Below, one piece after another: positions 62,601 to 64,000 of a DNA stretch of 64,000 nt. The notes beneath the pieces are model-generated. The model saw only the letters and a program-made list of their open reading frames with translations, had not been told where the DNA came from and ran no database searches. The position numbers were made by a program, and so were the translations under genes. This DNA is from Macrostomum lignano. Lineage: Eukaryota. Each line of letters opens with the position of its first letter. Position 1 is the stretch's first letter. Location: positions 1 to 64,000 of the forward strand of contig NIVC01000494.1 of the NCBI GenBank assembly GCA_002269645.1, written 5' to 3'.

Positions 62601-64000
62601 GAATATTTAATGGAAAAATTGACAAAAAGTTAATGGAATAGTTATGCCTATGGGAATAATTGCATGAAAAGGTTATAGGAAATTATATGGCCAAAGTTCT
62701 ACATGCTCAAAATGTCTTTTTAGCAAATTCTCAAATGTCTAATTGCCTGCCTTCTAAAACTAGTTACAAATTTACAATTAAATTAAAAAAACTTCATTGG
62801 CATTAGGGGCCTAGTCTAGGCTAGGCCTATTCCATAGTCTAGATCATGCTGGGTATATGCCCGAACAAAAATTGATAGGTACAAATGCATGCCAAAAAAT
62901 TGAGTGTATGCCCATTTTTAAAACTCTGCCAATGTTGGCCTTTTTTATGTTGTGAGGATAAACAACACATCCTTGACATATAACTTGGTTAATTTTTCTG
63001 CTTTTTTGGCAATACTATTTATAGTAGAAAATTGATACACACAAAGATTTGTTTAAATGCCTTATTACAAGCTTAAAACCCATAAATGGGAAATTTACAC
63101 TAAAAAATAAACTTTTTCCCCTTTTTTTCTACTTCACAATAACTTTTCTATGTGATTCTATAAAATGCATGCCAGGTGTTTTTTTAGGAGTGATGCAAAC
63201 CAACTATGCTCACTTACTTTTAGTGTGTAAGGCCAATGCATGCCCACATATTTGGGCATATACTACATGATTTAGAGTATAGGACCTGAGTATGGGATAG
63301 ACTAGATCAAGCCATCAAGGCCCATAGTTTGGAATATCCTGAATGTATGCTAGACTAAAATCTCCCATAATTTATTTAGTATAACAGTGTATTCCTGAAA
63401 ATCCTGGGAAAAACAAGGCTTGTTATAAGCTTCATTTTTAGTGTTGCAGTGCACCAAATGAATGACCTTTTTTGCTTTTTGCTGATACTTTTTATAGCAA
63501 GAATTCAATACATGCCAAGATTTTTCATTCTTTCAAAATAATTTTTTCCATTTAAATTCATTTTTATTTCACAATTTGATTCTACAATTGCAAGAAAATT
63601 TATGCCACTTTTTCATTATCTATTTTCATGCCAAATAGTATGCCAGATTTCAAAAAAAATTGTATGCCAAGTGTATGCCAAAAGTCATGAGTGTACACTG
63701 GATAATCCAGTATATACCACCTTTTTAAAAAAAAATAGATCAAGGTAAGCATATACTAAAGTGAAAAGAAGTACTTATCCCTATGGTCCCATGCTGATAA
63801 TTCCAATTTTATCCACATAGATCCATTTCAATAATTTCTAGCTTATCTTCATGGCAGCTTATTGAAATAGCTGCCATTATTCAAGTCAACAGGTCGTGTC
63901 AATAATTCCAATTTCATCTACATGGAGCCATGTTAATAATTTTAAGCTTATCCCTATAGCTAAGATTGTGCAGTTGTTTGTGTTTAGTTTTTTTGTATAG

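Overview
Eukaryotic (metazoan) DNA with GC-rich exons and AT-rich introns packed with tandem repeats. The style suggests a flatworm such as Macrostomum, but that is inference. Two spliced genes on the minus strand can be reconstructed with consistent GT-AG boundaries and exon phases. One is a 9-exon FH1-FH2 formin with a long tail (CDS 22146->7057, about 1040 aa). The other is an eIF4G2/DAP5/NAT1 orthologue (6 coding exons, 59687->31525; start codon not found). There is also an intronless small secreted six-cysteine protein gene (3571-3834). Mobile DNA includes a degenerate RTE-like LINE, two nested LINE 3' ends, a Ty3/gypsy gag remnant with a PBS, SINE-like pieces, a nearly intact Tc1 element with 214-bp TIRs, and a 297-bp MITE. 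About 20 distinct minisatellites are present. The three strongest observations: (1) the 19.5-kb last intron of eIF4G2 is a 23-bp satellite carrying 16 regularly spaced copies of the upstream exon end plus its 5' splice site, each reading TTTCAG|GT like a recursive-splicing point; (2) an intronic MITE carries a decayed 64-bp piece of 28S rDNA spanning helix 69 and the R2/Pokey/I-PpoI target site; (3) the last ~4 kb is almost free of CpG.
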